This document shows, piece by piece, positions 27,824-37,517 of a DNA stretch of 64,000 nt. Made by a program: the position numbers and the translations under genes. The stretch lies in the NCBI GenBank assembly GCA_963772835.1, contig CAVYYZ010000011.1, forward strand, positions 224,001 through 288,000, read 5' to 3'. The stretch comes from an uncultured delta proteobacterium (GTDB taxonomy: Bacteria > Desulfobacterota > Desulfuromonadia > Geobacterales > Pseudopelobacteraceae). The notes beneath the pieces were generated by a model. That model was not told where the DNA came from, did not search any database, and worked only from the letters and a program-made list of their open reading frames with translations. Positions within the stretch are counted from its first letter, which is position 1, and each line of letters starts with the position of its first letter.

Positions 27824-28297
27824 ATGGCCGGTAAAAATACATATATTCGAGGGTTGCACGTAGTTGCGGTCTTTGAAGGAATCAAGGGGGTGTTGGTTCT
27901 CCTGGTTGGCTTCGAGCTGCTGACATTCCTCCACAAAGACGTTCATGAAGCGGCAATGAAACTGGTTACGCAGATCCACCTTAATCCTGCCAGCCACTAT
28001 CCACGAATATTTCTCGATCTGACTGAACATATAAACGATTCAAAACTATGGGGCATGGCCATAGCTGCTGCCATGTACTCAGTTGTCCGGGTAATTGAAG
28101 CCGTCGGGCTCTGGCTGAAAAAGTCCTGGGCGGAGTGGTTCGCCGTCCTGACCGGCGGTATGTATATACCCGTTGAACTGTTTGAAGTTGTTCGAAGCGC
28201 GACCTGGCCGAAATTTACGGTGCTTATCGTTAACATTGGCGTGGTGTCCTATCTGCTGTTCGTACTCTTCAGGAATGGCGAGAAGAGCCGTAAATGA
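27824..28297 (+). CDS. DUF2127-like membrane protein
   Basis: VAVFEGIKGVLVL, IEAVGLWLKKSWAEWF, YIPVELFE. Confidence 0.75.
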   Translation: MAGKNTYIRGLHVVAVFEGIKGVLVLLVGFELLTFLHKDVHEAAMKLVTQIHLNPASHYPRIFLDLTEHINDSKLWGMAIAAAMYSVVRVIEAVGLWLKKSWAEWFAVLTGGMYIPVELFEVVRSATWPKFTVLIVNIGVVSYLLFVLFRNGEKSRK

Positions 28298-28313
28298 ATT
28301 TCAGGAGTAAGAC

Positions 28314-28775
28314 ATGACAAAGCTAAAATTTCCTCAGCCGTATCGTCACGACCATGTTCCGGTACGGAATATTAATGAGGTGATAAAAGAGCAGCTGACC
28401 ATTGGTCAGAGAGCTGCAGACTGGATCGTTGCCAGAGTCGGTTCATGGGGTTTTATCATCGGTCAATCCTCGCTGCTCACCGTGTGGGCGATTCTCAACA
28501 TCACCGCATGGATCAGACATTGGGACCCGTATCCGTTCATCCTCATGAATCTGGTCCTTTCGCTGCAGGCCGCATACACGGCTCCTATGATCATGATGAG
28601 TCAAAATCGTCAGGCAGCACGTGACCGCATTGAGGCGCATAACGATTATGAAATAAACCTGAAGGCGGAAATCGAGATTCGGGCGATAATGGAGACTCTT
28701 GATGCCCAGAATGTCGCAATTTACGAACTTCACTCGATGGTGGAGGAGTTAAGAGTTGTCGGAAAAATACCGTAA
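28314..28775 (+). CDS. DUF1003-like membrane protein
   Basis: GQRAADWI...GSWGFI, WDPYPFILMNLVLSLQAAYTAPMIMMSQNRQ. Confidence 0.85.
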   Translation: MTKLKFPQPYRHDHVPVRNINEVIKEQLTIGQRAADWIVARVGSWGFIIGQSSLLTVWAILNITAWIRHWDPYPFILMNLVLSLQAAYTAPMIMMSQNRQAARDRIEAHNDYEINLKAEIEIRAIMETLDAQNVAIYELHSMVEELRVVGKIP

Positions 28776-28795
28776 CCAGACAAGGAGAATCCATC

Positions 28796-29896
28796 ATGTC
28801 TCATCTCTTTCAACCACTTGCCCTGCGGGGTGTAACACTCCCCAACCGTATCGCCGTATCACCGATGTGCCAGTATTCCAGCGTTGACGGCACCGCCAAT
28901 GACTGGCACCTGGTCCACCTCGGCAGCAGGGCGGCCGGTGGTGCGGGTCTTGTGCTGACCGAAGCAGCAGCAGTAACTCCTCAGGGACGAATCAGCCCGC
29001 ACGACCTCGGGATCTGGAGTGACGATCAGATTGAGCCACTTTCCCGCATCGTCAGTTTTATCAAACAACGGGGGAGTGTTGCCGGAATTCAGCTGGCCCA
29101 TGCCGGGCGCAAGGCAAGCACTGCCCCTCCCTGGGAGAATCGGGGTGTAACCCTGACTGAAGCTGAGGGGGGGTGGCCGATTGCAGCCCCGAGCGCCGTT
29201 CCATTTGACGACGGATGCATCGTGCCGACGTCGATGAGCGAAGAGGATATTCAGGAAGTCACGGAAGCCTTTGTCCAGGCCGCCCGTCGGGCTTTACTTG
29301 CAGGATTTCAGGTTGCCGAAGTGCATGCGGCCCATGGTTACCTGCTGCACCAGTTTCTCTCCCCGCTCAGCAATCGGCGTGACGATAGCTACGGCGGCAG
29401 ATTCGAGAACCGTACCAGGCTACTCCGGGAGGTCGTTGTCGCTGTCCGGGATGTCTGGCCGGACCATCTGCCGCTCCTGGTGAGAATCTCCGCAACCGAT
29501 TGGGTCGAAGGTGGATGGGATATTGAACAATCACTCGAATTGGTTTGTCAGCTCCTCCCCCTGGGCGTTGATCTAATTGATTGCTCTTCCGGCGGAACCG
29601 TGCCGACCGCCAAAGTTCCGGTTGGGCCCGGATATCAGACACGATTTTCCGAACAGATCCGGCGTGAAACAGGAAGTAAGACCGGAGCCGTGGGAATGAT
29701 TACAAGCCCGGCTCAAGCCGACCACATTATTCGCTCCGGCCAGGCCGATCTGGTGCTGCTCGCCCGGGAACTTCTCCGTGACCCCAATTGGCCGCTCCGT
29801 GCAGCTCGCGAACTCGGTCACTTGATACCCTGGCCGGCTCAGTACGTCCGTTCGGCTCCGGCGCTCACTCCGGCGTATCTGCCGGAGATGAAATAA
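28796..29896 (+). CDS. NADH:flavin oxidoreductase, old yellow enzyme (YqjM/NamA-like)
   Basis: NRIAVSPMCQYS, QLAHAGRKAS, EVHAAHGYLLHQFLSP, RELLRDPNWP. Confidence 0.92.
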   Translation: MSHLFQPLALRGVTLPNRIAVSPMCQYSSVDGTANDWHLVHLGSRAAGGAGLVLTEAAAVTPQGRISPHDLGIWSDDQIEPLSRIVSFIKQRGSVAGIQLAHAGRKASTAPPWENRGVTLTEAEGGWPIAAPSAVPFDDGCIVPTSMSEEDIQEVTEAFVQAARRALLAGFQVAEVHAAHGYLLHQFLSPLSNRRDDSYGGRFENRTRLLREVVVAVRDVWPDHLPLLVRISATDWVEGGWDIEQSLELVCQLLPLGVDLIDCSSGGTVPTAKVPVGPGYQTRFSEQIRRETGSKTGAVGMITSPAQADHIIRSGQADLVLLARELLRDPNWPLRAARELGHLIPWPAQYVRSAPALTPAYLPEMK

Positions 29897-29924
29897 CCGG
29901 AAACAGGGAAAAGGTCTTCGCTGC

Positions 29925-31745
29925 ATGCTCATAATTGTTGAATCACCCACCAAGGCGAAAAAAATACAGTCAATCCTCAAAGTGAAAGCCATGTCCACGG
30001 TGGGACATTTCAAGGATCTGCCCGATGCACAGATTGGTGTTGATCTGACCACCTATGAACCGACTTTTGTCTACCACGAGAAGAAGGCAAACCTCCCAAA
30101 AGAGCTTCGCACGGCGGCGCGTGGCGAGACCGTCATGCTTGCCGGTGACCCGGACCGGGAAGGGTATGCCATCAGCTGCCATATTTATGAAGAGGTGAAA
30201 TCGGTCGCAAAAGAGTGTCTTCGCATGGAGATATATGAAGTTACCGAAAAAGGTTTGAAGGAAGCGCTTGCCAAAGCGGTGCCGTTTGAACAGACAAATA
30301 CGGGACTTTATAACGCCTTCCTTGGCCGACGGATAGGAGATCGCCTGGTGGGGTATATTCTTTCTCCCATCGCCAGTAAAAGTCTCCGCAAAAGCTACAG
30401 CGTCGGACGTGTCCAATCTCCGGCTGTCCGTTTGGTAGTCGATCGGGAACGTGAAATCCGGGCATTTACTTCAGCTCCTTACTGGATGCTGGATATCCAG
30501 CTGGATAAAGACGGCACGACCTTTCTGGCCAGGCATGTTAATGGCAAGTTCACCCGGCAGTCGGACGCGCAACTGATCATTGCCGCAATCAGTGCCGAGA
30601 CCCATGCCCTGGCTGATAAAGTTGAAAAAAAGGAGGTCAGGCAATCTCCCAAGCCCCCGTTCACAACCGTCGACCTTCAGGCTGCCGCGGCCGCCCGATT
30701 GAAATTTACCCCGGAACAGACAATGAAGCTTGCGCAGGCGCTTTTTGACGGTGGCGTTATTACCTATCACCGTACTGATTCCGTCAGGATGGATGATGCT
30801 TTTATTACTGAGATCCGGGAGTTTCTGGAAAAGAGTTTCGGCGGCTGCTACCTGCCCGCGAAGCCGAATCAGCACAAATCAAAGAACTCGCAGGCTGAGG
30901 CTCATGAGGGTATCCGACCCACTCACATGCACTCAGTTGCCGATATTGCCGTCATGATCAAAAAGGAAGGGCTTACGCCTGACCACGGCCGGTTGTACGA
31001 GTTGATCTTCAAGCGAGCCGTCGCCAGTCAGATGGCAGCAGCTCGCTACGACTCCACCATCATACATTTCACTGTTGCCGGTGAACGGTTCAAGGCCGCC
31101 GGGCGGGTACTGATTTTTGATGGGTTTCTCAAGGTGTACGCTGAGGTAGACGAAGAAAAAGATAGAAAGGGGGAGGAGGACACCAAAATGCAGCTGCTCC
31201 CGTCGGTAGATGTTGGTGAGTTGGTGCCGAAGGTGCAGGAAATACTCGATGAGAAAAAAACCAAACCTCCGGGGAGGTTTACGCTCGGCTCACTGGTAAA
31301 GGAGTTGGAACGTCTCGATATCGGTCGACCTTCCACTTATGCCGCCATCACTAAAAATATTACCGACCGTGGATACGTCAAGGATGAGAAGGGACGGGTA
31401 GTTCCATTGCAATCGGGCGAGACGCTGATTGATTATCTCCGGGACAAGCATGCCTGGGTTATAGACTATGAGCTGACCGGCAAGATGGAAAACTTTCTGG
31501 ATCTGGTAGTTGAGAATAAGGAGACCTGGCAGCGCTTTTGTCGGGGGGTGCACAACAAGATGGGGTTCTCCATCCCGCCCGTCAGAGCCGCTGGGGGAGG
31601 ACCGAGCGAAGCGCAGCTTAAGTACGCCAATGATCTGGCACAAAAAAACAGTCTCGTTATTCCGGCGGAGATGTTACAGAGCGGAAAGGCACTTTCTCAA
31701 TGGATCGAAAGTCTCATTGCCGCAAAGGTCAAAAATAGTAACTGA
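29925..31745 (+). CDS. Type IA DNA topoisomerase (compact, no Zn-ribbon tail)
   Basis: IIVESPTKAK TOPRIM, DPDREG, SVGRVQSP, catalytic ITYHRTDS, QAEAHEGIRPT, IGRPSTYA. Confidence 0.9.
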   Translation: MLIIVESPTKAKKIQSILKVKAMSTVGHFKDLPDAQIGVDLTTYEPTFVYHEKKANLPKELRTAARGETVMLAGDPDREGYAISCHIYEEVKSVAKECLRMEIYEVTEKGLKEALAKAVPFEQTNTGLYNAFLGRRIGDRLVGYILSPIASKSLRKSYSVGRVQSPAVRLVVDREREIRAFTSAPYWMLDIQLDKDGTTFLARHVNGKFTRQSDAQLIIAAISAETHALADKVEKKEVRQSPKPPFTTVDLQAAAAARLKFTPEQTMKLAQALFDGGVITYHRTDSVRMDDAFITEIREFLEKSFGGCYLPAKPNQHKSKNSQAEAHEGIRPTHMHSVADIAVMIKKEGLTPDHGRLYELIFKRAVASQMAAARYDSTIIHFTVAGERFKAAGRVLIFDGFLKVYAEVDEEKDRKGEEDTKMQLLPSVDVGELVPKVQEILDEKKTKPPGRFTLGSLVKELERLDIGRPSTYAAITKNITDRGYVKDEKGRVVPLQSGETLIDYLRDKHAWVIDYELTGKMENFLDLVVENKETWQRFCRGVHNKMGFSIPPVRAAGGGPSEAQLKYANDLAQKNSLVIPAEMLQSGKALSQWIESLIAAKVKNSN

Positions 31746-32892
31746 AATCTTTCATCTCGAACGGTGAATCGTTCAGGCATTCAATGAACACATCTACGAT
31801 AAACGGGTCAAACTGAGAGTCTTTTTTCTTGATAAGTTCGCTGATTGCGCTGTCCTTATGAAGTCCTTCACGATACGAACGGTTCGAGATCATCGCGTCA
31901 AATGCATCCGCGACGGCGACAATACGGGCATGGAGCGGAATCTGCTCTCCTTTTAAACGTCCGGGATAGCCGCTTCCGTCCCAATGTTCATGATGATGAA
32001 GAATCACCGGTACAATGTGGCTCAGGTTTTCAATGCCGACAATAAACAGTGTTCCTTTCAGCGGGTGTTCGCGAACGAGGATCTCCTCGCGCCGGTTCAG
32101 GCTTTCCGGCTTGTTGAGAACTTCCTCATCCGTTCCGATTTTTCCAATATCATGCAATATTGCTCCCAGGTAAAGATCCCGCAGTTCATTCTCGGACAGA
32201 TTCAGCTTTGATCCGATGCTGAGTGAAAATTCAGTTACCCTTTTTGCGTGACCTTGAGTATAGGTATCTTTCATTTCCAGGGCTCCTACCAATGCCTGGA
32301 TGGTGCTGTTAAAGAGTCGTTGATCCCACATGTCGTGATGCGATGATTCAATAACAATCATTGCTTTGGAAATGGCATCTGCTGCATCTCGTCCGGCCAA
32401 TCGGGAAACCAGTTCAAGAGCGAAACTGATGGCGGTACCCGGACCCTTGCTGGTGATCAGTTTGCCGTCACTGACAACCGGCCTGTCTTCATATATGGCC
32501 CCGTCAAGTTTCCTGATGTAGGTGGGGTAACAGGTTGCATTCTTCCCATCGAGCAGCCCGGAAGCGGCAAGTACGATAGGGGCTGCACAGATGGCGCCGA
32601 TCAGTTTATCTCTGGAGGCGAACTCTTTAAGGAGGGTATGAATACGAGGATCCGCGTTGAGGTTGTCACTGCCAGGCTGGCCACCGGGGAGGACAATCAT
32701 ATCGAATGCATCAGCATGTACAGCATCTATTGTGGTTTCCGGGATAACGCTGATATTATGGGCACCGACCACCGGGCCGGGTAAAAGTCCGGCAAGAACG
32801 ACATCTATTTCAGCTCTGCGGAGTATGTCAACTAACGCAATGGCTTCAATCTCTTCAAATCCATGCGCCAGCGGCATGAGAACTCTCGCCAT
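31729..32892 (-). CDS. DJ-1/YajL glyoxalase-deglycase domain fused to an HD-GYP phosphodiesterase
   Basis: N-half: GFEEIE, LPGG, AICAAP, TSKGPGTA. C-half: YTQGHAKRV, LHDIGKIG, HHEHWDGSGYP, VADAFDAM. One continuous frame. Confidence 0.88.
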   Translation of the reverse strand: MARVLMPLAHGFEEIEAIALVDILRRAEIDVVLAGLLPGPVVGAHNISVIPETTIDAVHADAFDMIVLPGGQPGSDNLNADPRIHTLLKEFASRDKLIGAICAAPIVLAASGLLDGKNATCYPTYIRKLDGAIYEDRPVVSDGKLITSKGPGTAISFALELVSRLAGRDAADAISKAMIVIESSHHDMWDQRLFNSTIQALVGALEMKDTYTQGHAKRVTEFSLSIGSKLNLSENELRDLYLGAILHDIGKIGTDEEVLNKPESLNRREEILVREHPLKGTLFIVGIENLSHIVPVILHHHEHWDGSGYPGRLKGEQIPLHARIVAVADAFDAMISNRSYREGLHKDSAISELIKKKDSQFDPFIVDVFIECLNDSPFEMKDFSYYF

Positions 32893-33016
32893 TTAATTCA
32901 CCTCTTTTGTACGTAATCGAACGATAGTAAGCCGAAATAATCATATATCAACCGGTTTGCTAATACGTGACCTGTATCGGGATAGATGCAGCAGCGCAGT
33001 AACAATAGACAGAGAA

Positions 33017-33562
33017 TTACGGGAACAGGTCGGCGCCCTTAAATGAAATGCCTTCGCGATCTTTGGCTGAAACATTCGGCTCTGCGGTCATCGGCCAGCC
33101 AATAGCCAGATCGGGGTCGTTCCACCTGATGCAGCGCTCATGTTCCGGTGCGTAATAGTCCGTTGCAAGGTACAGAAATTCGGCAACGTCGGATGTAACA
33201 CAAAATCCATGGGCAAATCCGGGCGGAACCCAGATCTGACGTTTGTTCTCTGCAGAAAGCGTGGTGCCGAACCACTGTCCGAAGCTTGTTGAACTTCGGC
33301 GAAGATCAACTGCGACATCAAATACCTCTCCGGCTACAACCCGGACGAGTTTTCCCTGGGGTTGTTGGATCTGGTAGTGCAGTCCGCGCAGTACCCCGCC
33401 TGAAGATCTGGAGTGGTTATGCTGGACAAATCGAAGGTCGTGTCCGGTAAGATCGCGCCAGACACGTTCATTGAAACTCTCAAAAAAGAAACCACGATCA
33501 TCGCCGAAAACCTTCGGCTCAATAATCATGACATCAGGTATTGTTGAGGGAAAAATCTGCAT
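33017..33562 (-). CDS. rfbC: dTDP-4-dehydrorhamnose 3,5-epimerase
   Basis: FGDDRGFF, VLRGLHYQ, QGKLVRV, VFDVAVDLR, GFAHGF, RWNDPDLAIGWP. Confidence 0.95.
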   Translation of the reverse strand: MQIFPSTIPDVMIIEPKVFGDDRGFFFESFNERVWRDLTGHDLRFVQHNHSRSSGGVLRGLHYQIQQPQGKLVRVVAGEVFDVAVDLRRSSTSFGQWFGTTLSAENKRQIWVPPGFAHGFCVTSDVAEFLYLATDYYAPEHERCIRWNDPDLAIGWPMTAEPNVSAKDREGISFKGADLFP

Positions 33563-33594
33563 CAGGCGCATCTCCAGGCGATGGTGAAAGCAGG

Positions 33595-34314
33595 TTACTG
33601 TTGTTTTTGTGCAACATATGCGCTGCTGCGACCTTCGGCAAAAGTCAGATGGTGAACCATGGCATCGCGGGCGCCCTGGGGATCTTTGGCTTTAATCGCC
33701 TCAACAATCGCACGGTGATGGGCATACAGAAGCTGATGGTCTTCATGAGTCAGGTAGACAGCCCGCCAGACTGTCTGCTGAAACTCCTTCATGGCATCAA
33801 ACAGGCTCTGCATCAGGTGCAGCCAGACGATATTATGAGTGGCCCGGGCGATAACAATGTGCAGGTTGGCATCAAGATCTTCCGAAGGCTGCTTCAAATC
33901 AAGGTTACGTTTCATTCCGGCAATAATTTCATCCATACGGAGAATGTCATCCGGAAGAGCTCGCTGGGCGGCGTACCAGGCGGTCCAGGATTCCATTGAT
34001 TTACGGACTTCTATGACGTCAAGCGCCCGATCCTGTTGAATGCGGATCAATTCACTGAGAGAATTGGTAGAGGAGGTCTCTACCAGAGACATGACAACCG
34101 TGCCGCCCCCCTGATACGACATGACCAGGCCGGAAGAGGCTAGGACATTCAGAGCTTCCCGGACCGAGGGTCGGGATACGCCGAACATTTCTGCAAGTTC
34201 GCGTTCAGGAGGCAGTTTGTCACCTGGTGCGAACTCACCGGACAGTATGGAGGAGCGGATCTGTTCTGCAATTTGTGTTGAAACTTTTTTCGGTTTAATC
34301 GGTTGAAAATTCAT
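33595..34314 (-). CDS. FadR/GntR-family regulator (LldR/GlcC-like), copy 1
   Basis: GDKLPPERELAEMFGVSRPSVREAL HTH and an FCD C-terminal domain. Confidence 0.92.
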   Translation of the reverse strand: MNFQPIKPKKVSTQIAEQIRSSILSGEFAPGDKLPPERELAEMFGVSRPSVREALNVLASSGLVMSYQGGGTVVMSLVETSSTNSLSELIRIQQDRALDVIEVRKSMESWTAWYAAQRALPDDILRMDEIIAGMKRNLDLKQPSEDLDANLHIVIARATHNIVWLHLMQSLFDAMKEFQQTVWRAVYLTHEDHQLLYAHHRAIVEAIKAKDPQGARDAMVHHLTFAEGRSSAYVAQKQQ

Positions 34315-34327
34315 TGTCGGTTCCAAT

Positions 34328-34362
34328 CAAAAAGGGGTGTCATAACGGCACCCCTTCTTTTT
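34328..34362 (-). terminator. Terminator hairpin after glcF
   Basis: AAAAAGGGGTG-tcataacgg-CACCCCTT-CTTTTT, with U-tracts possible on both strands. Confidence 0.65.
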
Positions 34363-34396
34363 ATAGTATTTTGTGCCGTTCTGCAACCGGCAGATA

Positions 34397-35635
34397 TCAA
34401 TTATCCATACTCTGCACAAGTATTTCAGTCAGATGCATGAGCTGAACGTTCGGCAGCTGGTCTGCAAGACCTTTCTTTAATTGTAAAAGACATCCCGGAT
34501 TGCTGGTTACCAGGATTTCAGCACCGCTGGCGCGTACCGAATCAAGTTTGCGCTGCAGGATCCTGTCCGACATATCCGGTTTGGAAATGTTGTACGTTCC
34601 TGCGCTGCCGCAACAGGTATCGGCAGCTTCCAGTTCTTTGTAGTGCAAATCCGGAATCAGTTTGAGCAGATCGCGCGGCTCCTTGCGAATCCCCTGACAA
34701 TGCGCAATGTGACAAGGATCATGGTAAGTAACGTTCCGATTCAGTGGTTTCAGTTTGGCACGAAGTTCGTCGGAGTGCAGTGCCAGAATCTGAGAAATAT
34801 CCCTGATCTTTGAGCTGAACTCCGATGCAGCTTCTCCATCGATATGATGCCCGTATTTCTTCAGTTCAGCACCGCAACCGCCACAGTCGGTGACGATAAC
34901 ATCTACCCCATAGTCACTAAAAATATCGATATTGGTACGGGCTGCTTCTTTGAGGCCCTCAAGGTCGCCACCCAGCATGTTGGGAGCGCCACAGCAGACC
35001 TGATTCCGGGGAGTGATAACGTTGTAGCCCAGGCCGGAAAGCAGCTTTATTGTTGCACGGCTTGCATCGGAGAAGATCAGGCTCATAACGCATCCCAGAA
35101 AGAACCCGACCGTTCCGCGCTCAGCGCCGACCGCCGGTGTTATCTCATTGATTTCCTGACGAAGCGGCCGCGGAGGGAGAGGAGGCAGCAGACCTTCCAT
35201 ACGTTCCAATGGTCTGGGGAACATTTTGAGGACGCCGAGTGTTCTCACCAGCTTCTGCAGTCCGCTGTTCTGGTAGAGCCGCATCGGCACCATGGATGAT
35301 TCAAGACGGTCGGGGTGAGGAACCAGTTTCCGTAGAATCAACTCCTCCATGAAGCTGAGTCCGGAACCACTCTTTTTCTCGCAGGTAAATTCCGCCACCA
35401 GTTCGCCGGCATTCACTCCGCAGGGACAAGCCGAAGCGCATGCCTGGCAATCCAGACAGAGTGAAATATACTCCAGCAGTTGCTCCGATTGGTCCAGTTC
35501 ACCCTCTTGCAGTTTTCGGATAAGAGCGACCCGGCCGCGGGGTGACGCCGTTTCCAGGAATGTCTCCTTGTAGGTCGGACAGGAGGGGAGACACATGCCG
35601 CAGCGCATACAGTTTATAAGTTTGACATAGTCCAT
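34397..35635 (-). CDS. glcF: GlcF-type Fe-S subunit of glycolate/lactate dehydrogenase
   Basis: CMRCGMCLPSCPTY and CLDCQACASACP ferredoxin motifs, SPRGR, two CCG domains (VCCGA; YHDPCH...TCCGSAG). Confidence 0.9.
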   Translation of the reverse strand: MDYVKLINCMRCGMCLPSCPTYKETFLETASPRGRVALIRKLQEGELDQSEQLLEYISLCLDCQACASACPCGVNAGELVAEFTCEKKSGSGLSFMEELILRKLVPHPDRLESSMVPMRLYQNSGLQKLVRTLGVLKMFPRPLERMEGLLPPLPPRPLRQEINEITPAVGAERGTVGFFLGCVMSLIFSDASRATIKLLSGLGYNVITPRNQVCCGAPNMLGGDLEGLKEAARTNIDIFSDYGVDVIVTDCGGCGAELKKYGHHIDGEAASEFSSKIRDISQILALHSDELRAKLKPLNRNVTYHDPCHIAHCQGIRKEPRDLLKLIPDLHYKELEAADTCCGSAGTYNISKPDMSDRILQRKLDSVRASGAEILVTSNPGCLLQLKKGLADQLPNVQLMHLTEILVQSMDN

Positions 35636-35653
35636 AATAACCTCACCCCACCT

Positions 35654-35795
35654 ACCACAAAGACATTAAGAACACGAAGTTAAACTGCCTGAACAGACCT
35701 TAAGTGATAAAATTAGCGTTCCATTCAGTCTCAGGAGTTGCAAATCGTTACTTTGTTTGTATACGCACACTTTGTGCAGTTCGTTCCTTGGTGGT
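35654..35795. repeat. Degenerate inverted repeat built of (C)ACAAAG/ACGAAG-type units, MITE/REP-like
   Basis: Left arm ACCACAAAGACATTAAGAACACGAAG. Right arm CTTTGTGCAGTTCGTTCCTTGGTGGT is an imperfect reverse complement. Confidence 0.5.
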
Positions 35796-35814
35796 GGACA
35801 ACAATTCTATCGCT

Positions 35815-37197
35815 TTAAAATATTTTTCCAGGATTCAGTATCCCCTTCGGATCAAACGCGTTTTTTATACCCCGCATAACCCGGATCCCCGACTCACCTA
35901 CCAGACGCGGCAGATACTTCTTTTTGGCCAATCCGACACCATGTTCGCCGGTAATGGTGCCGCCCATGGCGATTGCTGCGTCGAAGATTTCTTCAAACGC
36001 GGCGTGGGCCCGTTTGATTTCATCCTTATCACGCTCGTCAGTCAGACAGGTCGGATGCAGGTTGCCATCACCGGCATGGCCGAAGGTGCCGATGGTGACA
36101 TTGTATTTTTTAGCGGCGGCCTGAATAATCTGCAGCATGGGGGCGATACAGCTGCGCGGCACGGTGGCATCTTCCAGGATGGTTGTCGGCTTGAGTCGTG
36201 CCAGGGCTGAAAGAGCCGTACGACGGGCCTCGGTCAGTTTGAGTGCTTCGGCAGTGTTCTGCGCCGTTTGAAAGAAGGAACAGCGGTACTTATTGCAGAT
36301 ATCAGCCACGGCAGCGGCCTCCTCTGCGATCACCACCGGGTGACCATCCACCTCAATAAGCAGCACCGCATCCACATTCAGCGGTAACCCGATATGGGCG
36401 TAATCCTCGACGCACTTGATGGTGACCTTGTCTAGAAACTCCAGAGTGGCCGGAATAACCTTGGCGGCGATGATGGCTGAAACCGCCAGGGCCGCATCCT
36501 GAAGCACCGGGAAATGGGCCAGCATGGTGATCTTCCCCTGGGGTTTGGGGATCAACTTGACGGTAATACCGGTGAAGAACCCCAGCGTACCTTCTGATGA
36601 AACTAATAGTGGATTGAGGCTGTAACCGGCCACATCCTTGACCACTTTACCGCCCGTGCGCAGCAGTTCCCCGTCAGCGAGGATAGTTTCAAGCCCCATG
36701 ACATAATCAGCGGTGACTCCGTATTTAAGGCCGCGCAGTCCGCCCGAGTTTTCAGCAACGTTGCCCCCCATGGTGGAGATATTCATGCTGCCAGGATCGG
36801 GAGGATAGAACAGGCCGCGCGACTCAACCTCTCTATGCAGGGCACTGGTTATCAGACCCGGCTCCACCGTAGCGGTCAGGTTCTCCTCATCGATCTCCAA
36901 CAACCGATTCAAGCGGCTGGTTTGAACCACAACTCCCCCGGCTGACAGGGAGCCGCCCGACAGGTTGGTGCCGGATCCGCGGGGGGTGACCATCACGCCG
37001 TCAGCATGGCAAAGACGCATGATGCGTGCAACTTCATCGGTTGTTCCAGGCAGCAGCACCGCCCCCGGAAGGCTTTCCAACTCCGGGGTGGAGTCGTAAC
37101 CATATACCGCAAGTGATTCTCGATCGGTCAGGGTGTACTGCTCTCCGACAATTGATTGCAGCTCTTTTATGAATGATGGTTGCATGGCTGACTCCAT
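35815..37197 (-). CDS. glcD: GlcD-type FAD-linked 2-hydroxyacid oxidase subunit
   Basis: TPRGSGTNLSGG, YPPDPGS, GGNVAENSGGLRGLKYG, FGHAGDGNLHP, GEHGVG, DPKGILNPGK. Start 37197 or 37185. Confidence 0.92.
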   Translation of the reverse strand: MESAMQPSFIKELQSIVGEQYTLTDRESLAVYGYDSTPELESLPGAVLLPGTTDEVARIMRLCHADGVMVTPRGSGTNLSGGSLSAGGVVVQTSRLNRLLEIDEENLTATVEPGLITSALHREVESRGLFYPPDPGSMNISTMGGNVAENSGGLRGLKYGVTADYVMGLETILADGELLRTGGKVVKDVAGYSLNPLLVSSEGTLGFFTGITVKLIPKPQGKITMLAHFPVLQDAALAVSAIIAAKVIPATLEFLDKVTIKCVEDYAHIGLPLNVDAVLLIEVDGHPVVIAEEAAAVADICNKYRCSFFQTAQNTAEALKLTEARRTALSALARLKPTTILEDATVPRSCIAPMLQIIQAAAKKYNVTIGTFGHAGDGNLHPTCLTDERDKDEIKRAHAAFEEIFDAAIAMGGTITGEHGVGLAKKKYLPRLVGESGIRVMRGIKNAFDPKGILNPGKIF

Positions 37198-37258
37198 TAC
37201 TGTCTCTTTATCTTGGTTGGCGACCTCTGAACCAGGCCAGCAAAACCACTGTTGTTTA

Positions 37259-37275
37259 TATTGGTATTACCAATT
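37259..37275. promoter_or_regulatory. FadR-family (LldR/PdhR/GlcC-type) operator upstream of glcD
   Basis: TATTGGT-ATT-ACCAATT, one mismatch from AATTGGT-N3-ACCAATT. Minus-strand TTGACA at 37295-37300. Confidence 0.8.
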
Positions 37276-37517
37276 ACCATATCAGGACAAGAACTGTCAA
37301 CAACATTTATTTATAAAGGTATCTATCTGTATTGGAAGAATAATCAGTGCGCAAAACTGGTTTTATATTTGGTTATACGTGTTGTGTTCATGACAAATGG
37401 TGCAAGATTATAGGCGTTTTGTGAGAGATTCAATATCTGCATGTCAAACAGTTTTATTATTAACAATGAGTAGAAATGATTGTTGGGGACAAATTATAAA
37501 TTATCGGATTCGGGGGA

